Shown one piece after another: positions 10,096 to 19,392 of a stretch of 64,000 bases of DNA. The notes beneath the pieces were generated by a model. That model was given only the letters and a program-made list of their open reading frames with translations. It was not told the DNA's origin and did not search any database. The first letter of the stretch is position 1; every line of letters starts with the position of its first letter. The position numbers and the translations under genes were made by a program. This DNA comes from Candidatus Pacearchaeota archaeon (GTDB lineage: Archaea; Nanobdellota; Nanobdellia; Pacearchaeales; GW2011-AR1). The stretch is taken from the NCBI GenBank assembly GCA_050124795.1, contig JASFEO010000002.1, forward strand, positions 36,754-100,753, given 5' to 3'.

Positions 10096-10413
10096 ATGCA
10101 GGTAAAAGGAAAATATTTTTTAGAACAGGTTTCTGAAAGCGAAGCAGAACATTTGAAAAAACAATTTTCAAGAAAAAAGAAAACCCCTATTTCAAGGGGA
10201 GGGGACGTCGATTTAACGAAATTCATTTTAGGATACAGCCCTTCTTCAGAAGTTTTTGAAGTTTTTCAGAGGAATGGAGACAAACAAAGACATAGAATAA
10301 TCACAGAATCTTCTCTCGAGGCTGATTTAATACAAAAAGTTCTTATTGATCTACTTAATGAATGTAGGGAATCTCACGCAGATCAAGATTATGTTAAGAA
10401 TTATATTTTTTAA
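10096..10413 (+). CDS. Hypothetical protein (ORFan)
   Basis: 105-aa ORF with TTTTAAAA box about 25 nt upstream. Confidence 0.55.
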   Translation: MQVKGKYFLEQVSESEAEHLKKQFSRKKKTPISRGGDVDLTKFILGYSPSSEVFEVFQRNGDKQRHRIITESSLEADLIQKVLIDLLNECRESHADQDYVKNYIF

Positions 10414-10458
10414 ACTCAAAATCAAATATTTTAAAAACTCCGAATTTCTTTATTTATC

Positions 10459-10638
10459 ATGGCAAAATTATTAACCCAAACAAAATCATTTTTTCTAAAA
10501 TGCAAACGTGTTTGGCATATCATGAAAAAACCCTCGAAAAAAGAATACACAACAATCGCCAAAGTCTCTGCAATCGGCATCGGAGTTTTAGGAATCCTGG
10601 GTTTTGCAATCTCAATCATCATGAATGTTTTCAAATAA
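10459..10638 (+). CDS. secE: Protein translocase subunit SecE/Sec61-gamma
   Basis: 59 aa ..RVWHIMKKPSKKEYTTIAKVSAIGIGVLGILGFAI..; canonical ftsZ-secE-spt5-rpl11 order; manual translation. Confidence 0.92.
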   Translation: MAKLLTQTKSFFLKCKRVWHIMKKPSKKEYTTIAKVSAIGIGVLGILGFAISIIMNVFK

Positions 10639-10747
10639 AAAGTTTTATAAACCTAAAATTTTAACTAATTACATCTTTCTAAGATTGTTTAAGTCTTAGA
10701 CGGAGCTAAAGAAAAAATAAATAAAGAATGAAACATTCCAAACTAAG

Positions 10748-11203
10748 ATGATTTTCATAATAAAAGTAACAACAAACAAAGAAGAACGAGCACTTGACAT
10801 GATTGCAGACCGCTCTGAGAAAAAACAATTAAGAGTTTATTCTGTTTCGCGCCCCTTTGGTCTTCGTGGCTACATCTTGCTCGAGGCTGAAGACAGGGAA
10901 TCTGCCGAAGAAGCAGTTTTCAATCTGCCTTATGTAAAAGGGATAATCGGAAAAACAATTGAATACGACGAAATAAAAGGAATGGTGGAACCAACTGCAG
11001 CAACAGTATCAATCAAAGAAGGCGACATTGTCGAAATCCTGGCAGACTCATTTAAAAAAGAAAAAGCAAAAGTTTTAAGAATAGACAAGCAAAAAGAAAA
11101 AGTAGTTGTGAGTTTGTTAGGCGCAGTAGTGCCCCTGCCGGTAACAATCAATTTAGACAGTGTAAAAGTTATCAGACGTGAAGGAGAAGAAGACAATGAA
11201 TAG
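10748..11203 (+). CDS. spt5: Transcription elongation factor Spt5/NusG
   Basis: NGN (LRGYILLEA) plus KOW (EGDIVEIL) domains; synteny. Confidence 0.93.
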   Translation: MIFIIKVTTNKEERALDMIADRSEKKQLRVYSVSRPFGLRGYILLEAEDRESAEEAVFNLPYVKGIIGKTIEYDEIKGMVEPTAATVSIKEGDIVEILADSFKKEKAKVLRIDKQKEKVVVSLLGAVVPLPVTINLDSVKVIRREGEEDNE

Positions 11204-11399
11204 ATTAATAAGATTTTATAATGAGAAAATAAGATTGCCTATTCTAGAAGAGAGAATCTACGGAATTGAATCAAGAATAGAATCTGAAGAATTAAATGGT
11301 CCAAAAAGAAATTTCGCATACATAGATTCTTTATCTGACCTGCTTAATGGATTAAAACAAAGGAAAAATAAATTAAAACAAGGATTAGAAATTAATTAA
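11196..11399 (+). CDS. Hypothetical protein inserted between spt5 and rpl11
   Basis: ATG 11196 overlaps spt5 end (ATGAATAG); 67 aa. Confidence 0.5.
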   Translation: MNRLIRFYNEKIRLPILEERIYGIESRIESEELNGPKRNFAYIDSLSDLLNGLKQRKNKLKQGLEIN

Positions 11400-11432
11400 A
11401 ATGAAAAATCAACTAATTAAATACTGGAAACC

Positions 11433-11530
11433 TCATCTTGTGCGATTTTCGGCGGAGGCAATTAAAAAAATCGCTTCACCGGAACAAGAAGGGAGATTCC
11501 AAAGAACCGCTTAGGTTCTTTTGATATGCA
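11433..11530 (+). repeat. Dispersed element family B, copy 1 (abuts rpl11 start)
   Basis: 90/98 identical to 55407-55504; stems GCGATTTT/AAAATCGC and AAAGAACC-GCTTA-GGTTCTTT. Confidence 0.9.
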
Positions 11531-12152
11531 AATTAAAATTTTAGCAGAAGGCGCAAGCATGAAACCAGGACCAGCACTTTCTCAAAAACTTGGACCAGCT
11601 GGAATAAACATAGGACAAGTTATCTCAAAAGTTAATGACGCTACAAAAAATTTCAAAGGAATGAAAGTCCCTGTTGAGCTTGATGTTAATCCAACAACAA
11701 AAGATTTTGAAGTCCGGGTTTTCTCACCTCCTGTTTCAGAACTATTAAAAAAAGAATTAAAAATTGAAAAAGGTTCAGGAGAACAGGCGCAGGTTAAAGT
11801 TGCAAATGCCTCAATCGAGGACATAATAAAAGTCGCAATAACAAAATTCCCAAACATGCTCTGCAATAATTTAAAAACTGCTGTTAAAACTGTTGCAGGA
11901 AGTTGCGTAAGCTTAGGAATTTTAATTGAAAACAAAACTGCATCAGAAATTGAACAAGATATTGAAGACGGGAAATTTGATAAAGAAATAAATTCTGAAA
12001 AAACAGAAACTGAAACAGAGAAGAGAAAAGAGCTTGATGAATTTTTTTCTAAAGTAAAAGGTGAGCAGGATAAAGTAATAAAACAAAAAGAAGCAGCTAA
12101 AGCCGCTGAAGCAGAAAAAGATGAAAAGAAAGCTGAAAAAGCTAAGAAATAA
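11526..12152 (+). CDS. rpl11: 50S ribosomal protein L11
   Basis: PGPALSQKLGPAGINIG, GMKVPVEL, PPVSELLKK; charged C-terminal extension. Confidence 0.95.
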   Translation: MQIKILAEGASMKPGPALSQKLGPAGINIGQVISKVNDATKNFKGMKVPVELDVNPTTKDFEVRVFSPPVSELLKKELKIEKGSGEQAQVKVANASIEDIIKVAITKFPNMLCNNLKTAVKTVAGSCVSLGILIENKTASEIEQDIEDGKFDKEINSEKTETETEKRKELDEFFSKVKGEQDKVIKQKEAAKAAEAEKDEKKAEKAKK

Positions 12153-12200
12153 TTTTATAATAAAGTTTTTAAGGAGATATAGGATTGTTTATTTAATATT

Positions 12201-12273
12201 GGGGATATGGGGTAGCCTGGTAGCCTTTCAGGTTTGGGACCTGACGACCGCGGTTCAAATCCGCGTATCCCCA
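12201..12273 (+). tRNA. tRNA-Pro(TGG)
   Basis: Acceptor GGGGATA/TATCCCC; anticodon arm TCAGG-TT TGG GA-CCTGA; GGTTCAAATCC T-arm. Confidence 0.95.
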
Positions 12274-12278
12274 TTTTT

Positions 12279-12301
12279 AATATTCAACTTCGTTGAATAT
12301 T
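12279..12301. terminator. Perfect hairpin right after tRNA-Pro
   Basis: AATATTCAAC-TTC-GTTGAATATT, 10-bp stem followed by T tract. Confidence 0.55.
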
Positions 12302-12324
12302 TTATTTCTGTGCGGTGTTTGCGT

Positions 12325-12423
12325 AACTCAAGAACAATTAATCCTCAAATCCCGAGCAATTACGTGGTAGAAGTCCAAAACATTCAAAATAAAAAACTAA
12401 AAACTTCGTGCGTGATTGGGAGT
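12325..12423 (+). repeat. Dispersed element family A, copy downstream of tRNA-Pro
   Basis: AACTCAAGA..CGAGCAATTACGTGGTAGAAG..AAAAACTTCGTGCG-tga-TTGGGAGT. Confidence 0.8.
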
Positions 12424-12500
12424 TAGTATCCACCTTTATCGCAAATTGAAAATTTTTCTTAACAATAACCTTTAAAAACCAATTTCTAATCTTTATAATA

Positions 12501-12662
12501 ATGGCAAAACAAACTATTTATGGAGATGAGAATCTTAGTTACACAGTTAAGGCAAAAGATATGTCTCCTATAATCGACGGAATCTACATGCACTTGCCTT
12601 CAGAAAGAATCTGCGCTCTTGACAAAAGAATGAAAGACGGAGAATTAAAATTACGAGAGTAA
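12501..12662 (+). CDS. Small hypothetical protein (53 aa)
   Basis: MAKQTIYGDENLSY...KLRE*; TTTAAAA box upstream; ends 6 nt before rpl37ae. Confidence 0.45.
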   Translation: MAKQTIYGDENLSYTVKAKDMSPIIDGIYMHLPSERICALDKRMKDGELKLRE

Positions 12663-12668
12663 ATTAAT

Positions 12669-12887
12669 ATGCCCACTAAATTAAAAAAAACAAAATCAGC
12701 AGGAAGGTTCGGTGCAAAACACGGAATCAGAGTAAGAAAAAAATTAGTTAAAGTAGAGGAAAAACAAAGAATTAAACAAAAATGCCCATTTTGCGAAAAG
12801 CTTGGTGTCAAGAGATTATCAAAAGGAATCTGGCACTGCAAAAAATGCAATAAAAAATTCGCAAGCGGCGCATACACAGTCGATTAA
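12669..12887 (+). CDS. rpl37ae: 50S ribosomal protein L37Ae
   Basis: AGRFGAKHG, CPFC...GIWHCKKC..FASGAY. Confidence 0.95.
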   Translation: MPTKLKKTKSAGRFGAKHGIRVRKKLVKVEEKQRIKQKCPFCEKLGVKRLSKGIWHCKKCNKKFASGAYTVD

Positions 12888-12888
12888 A

Positions 12889-13119
12889 ATGGCAACAGAA
12901 CAACAAATTGAATATGCAAGTGATTTTGTTAGTTGCATTGAGCACATAAAAGAAACTAAGGGGAAGGCTCCTAGATGGGCTACACAATGTAATATTGGGT
13001 ATGCAAGAAGATGTTATGCTAAAATCAACGAGATAAAAAGTATTGTTGTTGGAACTAGTTTAAAAGAATTAAATGCTCTTGAAAAGGAATTCAATTGGGA
13101 GGAAACAAAAATTAATTAA
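12889..13119 (+). CDS. Hypothetical protein inserted between rpl37ae and rpoP
   Basis: 76 aa from ATG 12889; flanked by 13-bp direct repeat ATTAAAATGGCAA. Confidence 0.6.
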   Translation: MATEQQIEYASDFVSCIEHIKETKGKAPRWATQCNIGYARRCYAKINEIKSIVVGTSLKELNALEKEFNWEETKIN

Positions 13120-13120
13120 A

Positions 13121-13258
13121 ATGGCAATTTATAAATGTTTTAAGTGCGGCAAGAAAATCAAGTCAGCAGACCTTGACAAAAGATTTGTCTGTCCTCATTG
13201 CGGAAGCAAGGTTTTCTACAAGCCCCGAACAAAAGTAAAAAAAATAAAAGCAGAATAA
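13121..13258 (+). CDS. rpoP: RNA polymerase subunit Rpo12 (RpoP)
   Basis: YKCFKCGK...CPHCGSKVFYKPR zinc ribbon; synteny. Confidence 0.92.
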   Translation: MAIYKCFKCGKKIKSADLDKRFVCPHCGSKVFYKPRTKVKKIKAE

Positions 13259-13277
13259 TTGCTTTTTGAAATTTAAT

Positions 13278-13607
13278 ATGGTAGAAAAAGATCAAAATCA
13301 AAAAATACAGGAAATGCAAATGCTTGAACAAAATTTGCAAAATATACTTATGCAAAAACAAGCTTTTTCAATGGAACTCAACGAAGCCGCAGCAGCACTA
13401 AAAGAAATTAATTCTGCAAATGACGAAGTCTTTAAAATTGTCGGACAGCTCATGATAAAAACAGACAAAAATAAAATAATTGAAGAACTAACTTCAAAAG
13501 AAAAAATCCTTAGCCTAAGACTCAAGTCAATTGAAAAACAAGAAGAAACAATGACAAAAAAACTCTCTGAATTAAGAGATGAATTTATGAAAGGTATGAA
13601 GAAATAA
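13278..13607 (+). CDS. pfdB: Prefoldin subunit beta
   Basis: Coiled coils flanking EVFKIVGQLMIK; synteny. Confidence 0.9.
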   Translation: MVEKDQNQKIQEMQMLEQNLQNILMQKQAFSMELNEAAAALKEINSANDEVFKIVGQLMIKTDKNKIIEELTSKEKILSLRLKSIEKQEETMTKKLSELRDEFMKGMKK

Positions 13608-13608
13608 A

Positions 13609-13935
13609 ATGACTGAAGTAAATTTAGAAAAACTTGGGAATGCTGAAAGATACTTTTGTAGGCAATGCAAGAGTGTCGGCTTATTGCCAAATTCTATGCC
13701 TCCCAAAGCTAAGGAAAAACATGATTTGCCTTATGATTTTATTATTCCTTTGAGTTGGCCATTTGGTGGAAAAGAAAACATGGAAAATGAAATAAATAAT
13801 ATCATAAAATATGCTAATGAAACCTCACAACTTTTTAGAAAAGTTGCGCACTATGAAGGTTTACATCCAGTTGCAGGAGGGGCTTTAGCAATTTACCTCG
13901 GATTTGAAAATTATTTTGAATCAGGAATGATTTAG
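13609..13935 (+). CDS. Hypothetical protein (ORFan)
   Basis: 108 aa, TAAAATG coupling to pfdB. Confidence 0.55.
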   Translation: MTEVNLEKLGNAERYFCRQCKSVGLLPNSMPPKAKEKHDLPYDFIIPLSWPFGGKENMENEINNIIKYANETSQLFRKVAHYEGLHPVAGGALAIYLGFENYFESGMI

Positions 13936-13986
13936 AATTTAATTATTAATATAAATATTTTTAAATATTAAATCACTAATTTAATT

Positions 13987-14319
13987 ATGGATTATGAAGT
14001 AAACCTTTACAAAGATTCTTTTCAAAGAGAGATAATTCATGGAAAATTTCCGCATCTTCCTGTACCCAGTACAATAGAATTGGGAAGAACATATGATGAG
14101 GTTGCTTTAAAAATACTAAAGACAATCCCAGAAGAAACAAGCAGATTAACTGTTATTAATAATGAAAAATATTTTTCACTAGATGCTTCTAAAAATGAGA
14201 TGTCTCCATACAGTGCAGGAATTTCAATTGAGCGAGAAATTTTTGATTTCATAAAAGACGAATTATTCAAAAAAAGAAAAGACTTGACTTATATATCCCT
14301 GCGGCCAGCTTCTTTCTAA
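13987..14319 (+). CDS. Hypothetical protein (ORFan)
   Basis: 110-aa ORF. Confidence 0.55.
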   Translation: MDYEVNLYKDSFQREIIHGKFPHLPVPSTIELGRTYDEVALKILKTIPEETSRLTVINNEKYFSLDASKNEMSPYSAGISIEREIFDFIKDELFKKRKDLTYISLRPASF

Positions 14320-14519
14320 CATTTATCTCTAAACTTTCTACAACTCTCAACAACTCGATCTTTAAAATCCCTAACAAAACAATATCCTCGTAAAAACTGT
14401 TCTCCCCCAAGACAATCCATAAAAAAAGCATAATTCTTCCATCTTGCTGAATTGTCTTCACGACTCTCACAGGAAATCTCTTCAGGACCTTTGTTCAAAT
14501 ATCTAATTAATCCTTTCAT
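14316..14519 (-). CDS. Hypothetical protein (ORFan)
   Basis: 67-aa ORF, TTTAAGG box upstream. Confidence 0.4.
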   Translation of the reverse strand: MKGLIRYLNKGPEEISCESREDNSARWKNYAFFMDCLGGEQFLRGYCFVRDFKDRVVESCRKFRDKC

Positions 14520-14615
14520 AACTTATTTAGTAATTTCAACCTTAAATAAATTTATACCCGGACATATATACAAAATCCCCGAAATCTTTATAAATATTCA
14601 GTTTATGAAATTAAC

Positions 14616-15005
14616 ATGGTATTTGATAAAATAAAAAAAGCATTCTCAGGCGGGGACATTGATGCAGAAAATGAATATCTTGAAATTGACTTAGGACAAA
14701 AAGAAAAACAAGACAACAAAGTCCTTGTAAAATTATTCACACTAAAAAACTACGACGACGTTAATGAAATCCTAAACTCATTAAGAGAAGGTTACACAAT
14801 CGCGATAATTGATATAAAAGTCTTAAGACAAAAAGATCCAATTGAATTAAAGCGTGCAGTTTCAAAAATTAAAAAAACAACAGATGCTCTTGAAGGTTCA
14901 ATTGCAGGATTCGGAGAAAATACCATTATTGTGACACCTTCATTTGCAAAAATTCACAAGGAATCAGAAAAACCTGCTGAAGAAAAAAAATCTCGCTGGG
15001 ATTAA
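14616..15005 (+). CDS. sepF: Cell division protein SepF
   Basis: LREGYTIAIIDIK, ELKRAVSKIKK, IIVTPSFAKI. Confidence 0.9.
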   Translation: MVFDKIKKAFSGGDIDAENEYLEIDLGQKEKQDNKVLVKLFTLKNYDDVNEILNSLREGYTIAIIDIKVLRQKDPIELKRAVSKIKKTTDALEGSIAGFGENTIIVTPSFAKIHKESEKPAEEKKSRWD

Positions 15006-15054
15006 TTCTAAAAAACTTTAAAACTTCTCTTTACATTTTATTTTGATGAAAAAA

Positions 15055-15321
15055 TTAATAATGCCTCTTTGCATAAATTAAATAAAAAACTAAAGTCATA
15101 TTAAAAGAATAATTTACATACAGCGGAAAATGAGTTATCTTTAAAATCAAATCATCAATTAAAATATAAGTAAATGTAAATACCTCTCCAAATAACCAAA
15201 AAAATAAAAACAACCATGAAAGGTCTCCTGCTTTTTTTGTCCTCCATGTTTTAATTACCTGAGGAACTGCGCAGATTGCAAATAAAAACGCCCCGGCCCA
15301 ACCAACAAAAATATGAATCAT
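15055..15321 (-). CDS. PQ-loop/SemiSWEET-like membrane protein
   Basis: AVPQVIKTWRTKKAGDLS; 3 TM. Confidence 0.8.
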   Translation of the reverse strand: MIHIFVGWAGAFLFAICAVPQVIKTWRTKKAGDLSWLFLFFWLFGEVFTFTYILIDDLILKITHFPLYVNYSFNMTLVFYLIYAKRHY

Positions 15322-15380
15322 AAATTTCTATTATTCTCTAATTTAAAAAGTTATTTAAATAAATCCCTTTTTTTATTCTA

Positions 15381-15992
15381 ATGAAAACCTTATTCATACC
15401 TGCAAAATCAAAACAAGAAATTAATAAAAAAGAATTATTAATAATTTCTAAATCTCTCCCAAAAGAAATCGCAATATTTTATTCAATTCAATATTTTAGT
15501 CAGGCAAAAGAAATCAAAAAAATATTATCTAAAAAAAAAATAATTTCATTTAAACAAGTTTTAGGTTGCTCAAAACCAAAAATTTCAAAAAACACAAAAG
15601 CAATCCTCCTAATTTCCGACGGAAAATTCCATGTAACTTCAATTGCACTTGAAACAAAACTTCCAACATTTATTTTTATAAACAATAAACTAACAAAAAT
15701 AAGTGATGAAGAAATTAAAAATTTAGGAAAAAGAAAAAAAGCTGCATTTGTGAAATTTCTCAATGCAGAAAAAATTGGCATTTTAGTTTCAATAAAACCC
15801 GGCCAGGAAAACTTAGAACAAGCAATGAAGCTAAAAAGCAAATTAAAACAAAAAGATTCTTACTTATTTTTATCTAATAATATAAACACAAATGAATTTG
15901 AAAATTTCCCGCAAATTCAAAGTTGGGTAAACACAGCCTGCCCGCGAATGGATATGAATGAAAAAGGAATTGTTAATATTTATGATATTTAA
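15381..15992 (+). CDS. dph2: Diphthamide synthesis protein Dph2 (short form)
   Basis: QVLGCS, DGKFH, SIKPGQ, NTACPR. Confidence 0.88.
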   Translation: MKTLFIPAKSKQEINKKELLIISKSLPKEIAIFYSIQYFSQAKEIKKILSKKKIISFKQVLGCSKPKISKNTKAILLISDGKFHVTSIALETKLPTFIFINNKLTKISDEEIKNLGKRKKAAFVKFLNAEKIGILVSIKPGQENLEQAMKLKSKLKQKDSYLFLSNNINTNEFENFPQIQSWVNTACPRMDMNEKGIVNIYDI

Positions 15993-16005
15993 TTTTACAA
16001 AAAAT

Positions 16006-16404
16006 TTAAATCTTAGTAATACTAAACACACTTCTTAAAGCCACAATAATCGTCGCGGGAATAAATAAAACCAAAAGCGCCCCAAAAATTTCCTGGCCCA
16101 TTAAACCAATTCTTGTTATTCCAAGTAAAGAACCCCCAAACCTGTCAACAAAACCATCAAGTCCGAATTTGCTCACAATAACTAAAACTGTTCCTGCTAA
16201 TAAAAAAGTATTTATGTCATCATCTCTGACGTCAACAAAACCAATAATAATCCCCATTAATAATAAAATAACATAAAACAACTGATTAAAACTAACAAAA
16301 ACATCAATTGAAAAAGACTTCACAACAGCGAGCACAATCGCCACAACAACACCTGTCAAAAACGCCCATGCCCCGAGTGAATTCTCTTTTGATCTTATCG
16401 CCAT
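16006..16404 (-). CDS. Hypothetical 4-TM membrane protein
   Basis: Start at MAIRSKENSLGAWAF; hydrophobic helices. Confidence 0.7.
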   Translation of the reverse strand: MAIRSKENSLGAWAFLTGVVVAIVLAVVKSFSIDVFVSFNQLFYVILLLMGIIIGFVDVRDDDINTFLLAGTVLVIVSKFGLDGFVDRFGGSLLGITRIGLMGQEIFGALLVLFIPATIIVALRSVFSITKI

Positions 16405-16511
16405 CTTAAAATAACAGAATATTAATATATAAATATTTCGAAGGAGAATTAAAATATATATTCCAGAATAGAAAACTTTATAAACCATAGTAACTCCGGA
16501 ATGATTACAAA

Positions 16512-18173
16512 ATGAAAGCTAAAAATTTAACTTTGATAAGTTTAAGCATTTTAATAAGTTTAGTTCTAATGACTCTGGCAAGTGCAACTTTAACAATCTC
16601 ATCTCTTGACTATCCGACAAGTGTTGATGATATTGAAGGCTCATTCATATTCACTTTTAATATAACTGATACTTCAATAACCCCTATAAGTGTTACTTTT
16701 GCTGATTCTACAATTTCTTTTGGTTCTATTTCAATTACTGATTTAACTAATGAAGATTTAACAACTGCAAAACAAATAACAGGGGCAATTTCTAATTTTG
16801 CAGATCAAGGTGGGAACACAATGACTATCACAATTGTTGCAAATGAAACAGAAGACCCAACTAATTTAGATTCTGAAACTTTTTCAGTAAACATTAATTT
16901 AACTATTCCTTCAGAAGTAACAGAGTGTGAATCAACTGGAAACCCCGGAAGTGATTTAAGAATCAAAGAAATTGAATTTACAAACAAAGGAATGAAAATT
17001 GGAGACACAACAAAAGAATTTGGGGATGATGATGCATGGTTCCCTTTGGATGATATTGAAGTCGAAATCACAATTGAAAACAATGGAAACGACGACATAG
17101 ATAATATTGAAGTTAATTGGGGATTATGGGATACCGAAGCAAACGACTGGATAATCGAATTAGATGATGAAAAAGATTTTGACTTAAAAGATGATGATGA
17201 AGAAACATTGGCAATCTCATTCAACCTTGAAAGTTCATTAGATATTGACTTAGAAGATTTAGAAGACGGAAACCATTACAGATTTTATGTAATTGCAGAA
17301 GGAGAAAACACAGACATTGACGCAGATGTTTGTGAATATGATTATGAAGATACAGAAATAGTAATTGAAAAAGACTTTGTAGTCTTGGATAATTTTGAAT
17401 TTCCTGAAAGTGTTTCATGCGCAGATGAAGTTCAGATAATCGCAGACACCTGGAATATCGGAGACAGAGACCAGGATGATGTTTATATAAGAATTTATAA
17501 CACAGAACTTGGAATCAACAATAAAATCGTGGACATCGGCGACATAGATGCATTTGACCATGAAGACTTAAACACAATAATTCAAATTCCGGAAGATGCA
17601 AAAGAAAAAATATACCAGCTTAACTTTGAGGTATATGATGAAGATGATGATATTTATGAAACAGACTTTGACAATGATGACTCAAGTTTCTACATTCTCT
17701 TAAATGTTGCAAGCTGCAAAACCCCGGCAAAAGCAATTGTTTCAGCCACACTTGAATCAGGAGGGGTCGCAGGAGAAGAATTAGTTGTAAGAGCAACAAT
17801 TGTAAATTCAGGAAGTGATACAACTTATAATTTGAACTTAGCAGGATTCAGCACATGGGCAGATTCAGGAAACTTTGATTCAAACACAGTAACTCTTGGA
17901 AAAGGTGAACAAAAAGATGTTCTAGCTACATTCCTTGTTAAAGAAGATGCTTCAGGTGAGCAAACTTTTGATATTGAAGTTTTATCAGACGGAGATTTTG
18001 TTTTAACTCAGCCAGTTGCAATAACAATCGAAGAAGCACCAAAAGGATTTTTATCAGGAATAACCGGAAATGCAATTGGAGGCGGAAATACATACTTGTG
18101 GATAATCGGCGCTCTAAATGTAATCCTTGTTGTTATAATTATAATTGTTGCAATAAGAGTTGCAAGAAAATAA
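16512..18173 (+). CDS. Acidic surface / putative S-layer-associated protein with C-terminal TM anchor
   Basis: Signal peptide, Asp/Glu-rich Ig/CARDB-like segments, GITGNAI motif then TM and RVARK tail. Confidence 0.75.
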   Translation: MKAKNLTLISLSILISLVLMTLASATLTISSLDYPTSVDDIEGSFIFTFNITDTSITPISVTFADSTISFGSISITDLTNEDLTTAKQITGAISNFADQGGNTMTITIVANETEDPTNLDSETFSVNINLTIPSEVTECESTGNPGSDLRIKEIEFTNKGMKIGDTTKEFGDDDAWFPLDDIEVEITIENNGNDDIDNIEVNWGLWDTEANDWIIELDDEKDFDLKDDDEETLAISFNLESSLDIDLEDLEDGNHYRFYVIAEGENTDIDADVCEYDYEDTEIVIEKDFVVLDNFEFPESVSCADEVQIIADTWNIGDRDQDDVYIRIYNTELGINNKIVDIGDIDAFDHEDLNTIIQIPEDAKEKIYQLNFEVYDEDDDIYETDFDNDDSSFYILLNVASCKTPAKAIVSATLESGGVAGEELVVRATIVNSGSDTTYNLNLAGFSTWADSGNFDSNTVTLGKGEQKDVLATFLVKEDASGEQTFDIEVLSDGDFVLTQPVAITIEEAPKGFLSGITGNAIGGGNTYLWIIGALNVILVVIIIIVAIRVARK

Positions 18174-18232
18174 TTCTTACTTTTATTTTTCTCGAATTAA
18201 AATTATTTAAACCCTGATTTATTAAATAGTCC

Positions 18233-18772
18233 ATGAACAAAAAAGAAAAAGAGGTTTATGGAATTCTCGCAAGATATCTTTTAATAATTTTTGCAGCCGC
18301 CTCAAACCTTTTTATTTTTTACTATATATTCACACCATTAACTGTTTATCATGTTTATTTTTTACTTCAGATTTTTTTAGATGTAAAATTGTCCGGTAAT
18401 GTAATCTCCCTCGGCCATTATGCAATATGGATAATAAAAGCATGCATTGCAGGTTCTGCATATTATCTTTTATTTATTTTAAATCTGTCAATTCCAAAAA
18501 TAAATTTAAAAAAAAGATTAAAGATGATTTCTTTTTCATTTTTGGTTTTGTTAGCCGCAAATATTTTAAGAATAATAATTCTTGTTTTGCTTCTTGGTTC
18601 TTTTTGGTTTGACTTTACCCACAAACTTTTCTGGAATCTACTAAGCACAATTTTTGTCGTCGGAATTTGGTTTCTTGAAGTAAAATTATTTAAGATAAAA
18701 AAAATCCCTTTTTATGATGATATAAAAATCCTTTATAAAAACTCTTTCTTTAAGAAATCTAAGAGAAAATGA
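18233..18772 (+). CDS. Archaeosortase/exosortase-family protein (pacearchaeosortase-like)
   Basis: Multi-TM with Cys (IIKACIAGSAYYLL), Arg (NILRI), His (FTHKLFW); adjacent to TM-anchored surface protein. Confidence 0.8.
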   Translation: MNKKEKEVYGILARYLLIIFAAASNLFIFYYIFTPLTVYHVYFLLQIFLDVKLSGNVISLGHYAIWIIKACIAGSAYYLLFILNLSIPKINLKKRLKMISFSFLVLLAANILRIIILVLLLGSFWFDFTHKLFWNLLSTIFVVGIWFLEVKLFKIKKIPFYDDIKILYKNSFFKKSKRK

Positions 18773-19392
18773 TACCTGAATTTTTTTCAAACCTGATTGA
18801 TTATCTCCTTGATTTTTCTCTTTCAGTTGGTTATATTGGAACTTTTATCTGGATGCTAATTGAAAGTTCATTTGTTCCATGGCCAAGTGAATTATTATTA
18901 ATTCCTCAGGGAGCTTTGGTTGCGCAGGGAAAATTAAATTTCTTAGGAGTTTTAATTGCAGGAATTTTAGGAAGTCTTGCAGGAGCATTAGTAAATTATT
19001 TACTTGCATTTTATCTCGGAAGAAAAACTATTAATAAACTTATCTTTAGATATGGAAGATTTCTTTTTATTGATGAAAAAAAAATAATAAATTCTGATGG
19101 TTATTTTAAAAAGCACGGAAACATAACAACATTTGTTGGAAGATTAATTCCTGGAATAAGGCAGTTAATTTCACTTCCTGCTGGTTTTTCAAAAATGAAT
19201 CTTTCTAAATTTTGTTTATTCACTTCATTGGGCGCGGGAATTTGGGCGACCGCATTAATTGCAATCGGCTTCTTTTTTGGAAGCAGTATTGATCCGGCTC
19301 TAAAAAAAGAAATAACTTTTCTGGCGGTGATTTTTTCTTTTTTAATCATGTTAATTTATTATTTAACTAAAAAAAGAAAATCTAAAAACTAG
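18769..19392 (+). CDS. dedA: DedA family membrane protein
   Basis: ESSFVPWPSE, GRLIPGIRQLISLPAG. Confidence 0.92.
   Translation: MIPEFFSNLIDYLLDFSLSVGYIGTFIWMLIESSFVPWPSELLLIPQGALVAQGKLNFLGVLIAGILGSLAGALVNYLLAFYLGRKTINKLIFRYGRFLFIDEKKIINSDGYFKKHGNITTFVGRLIPGIRQLISLPAGFSKMNLSKFCLFTSLGAGIWATALIAIGFFFGSSIDPALKKEITFLAVIFSFLIMLIYYLTKKRKSKN

Noticed and set aside
10431-10634. Minus-strand 67-aa ORF
   Set aside because: Shadow of secE on the plus strand.
11433-11525. Ribosomal-protein autoregulatory leader for rpl11
   Set aside because: A 92% identical copy sits after smc, unrelated to ribosomal genes.
12121-12426. 101-aa ORF in the track
   Set aside because: Overlaps tRNA-Pro and element A; spurious.
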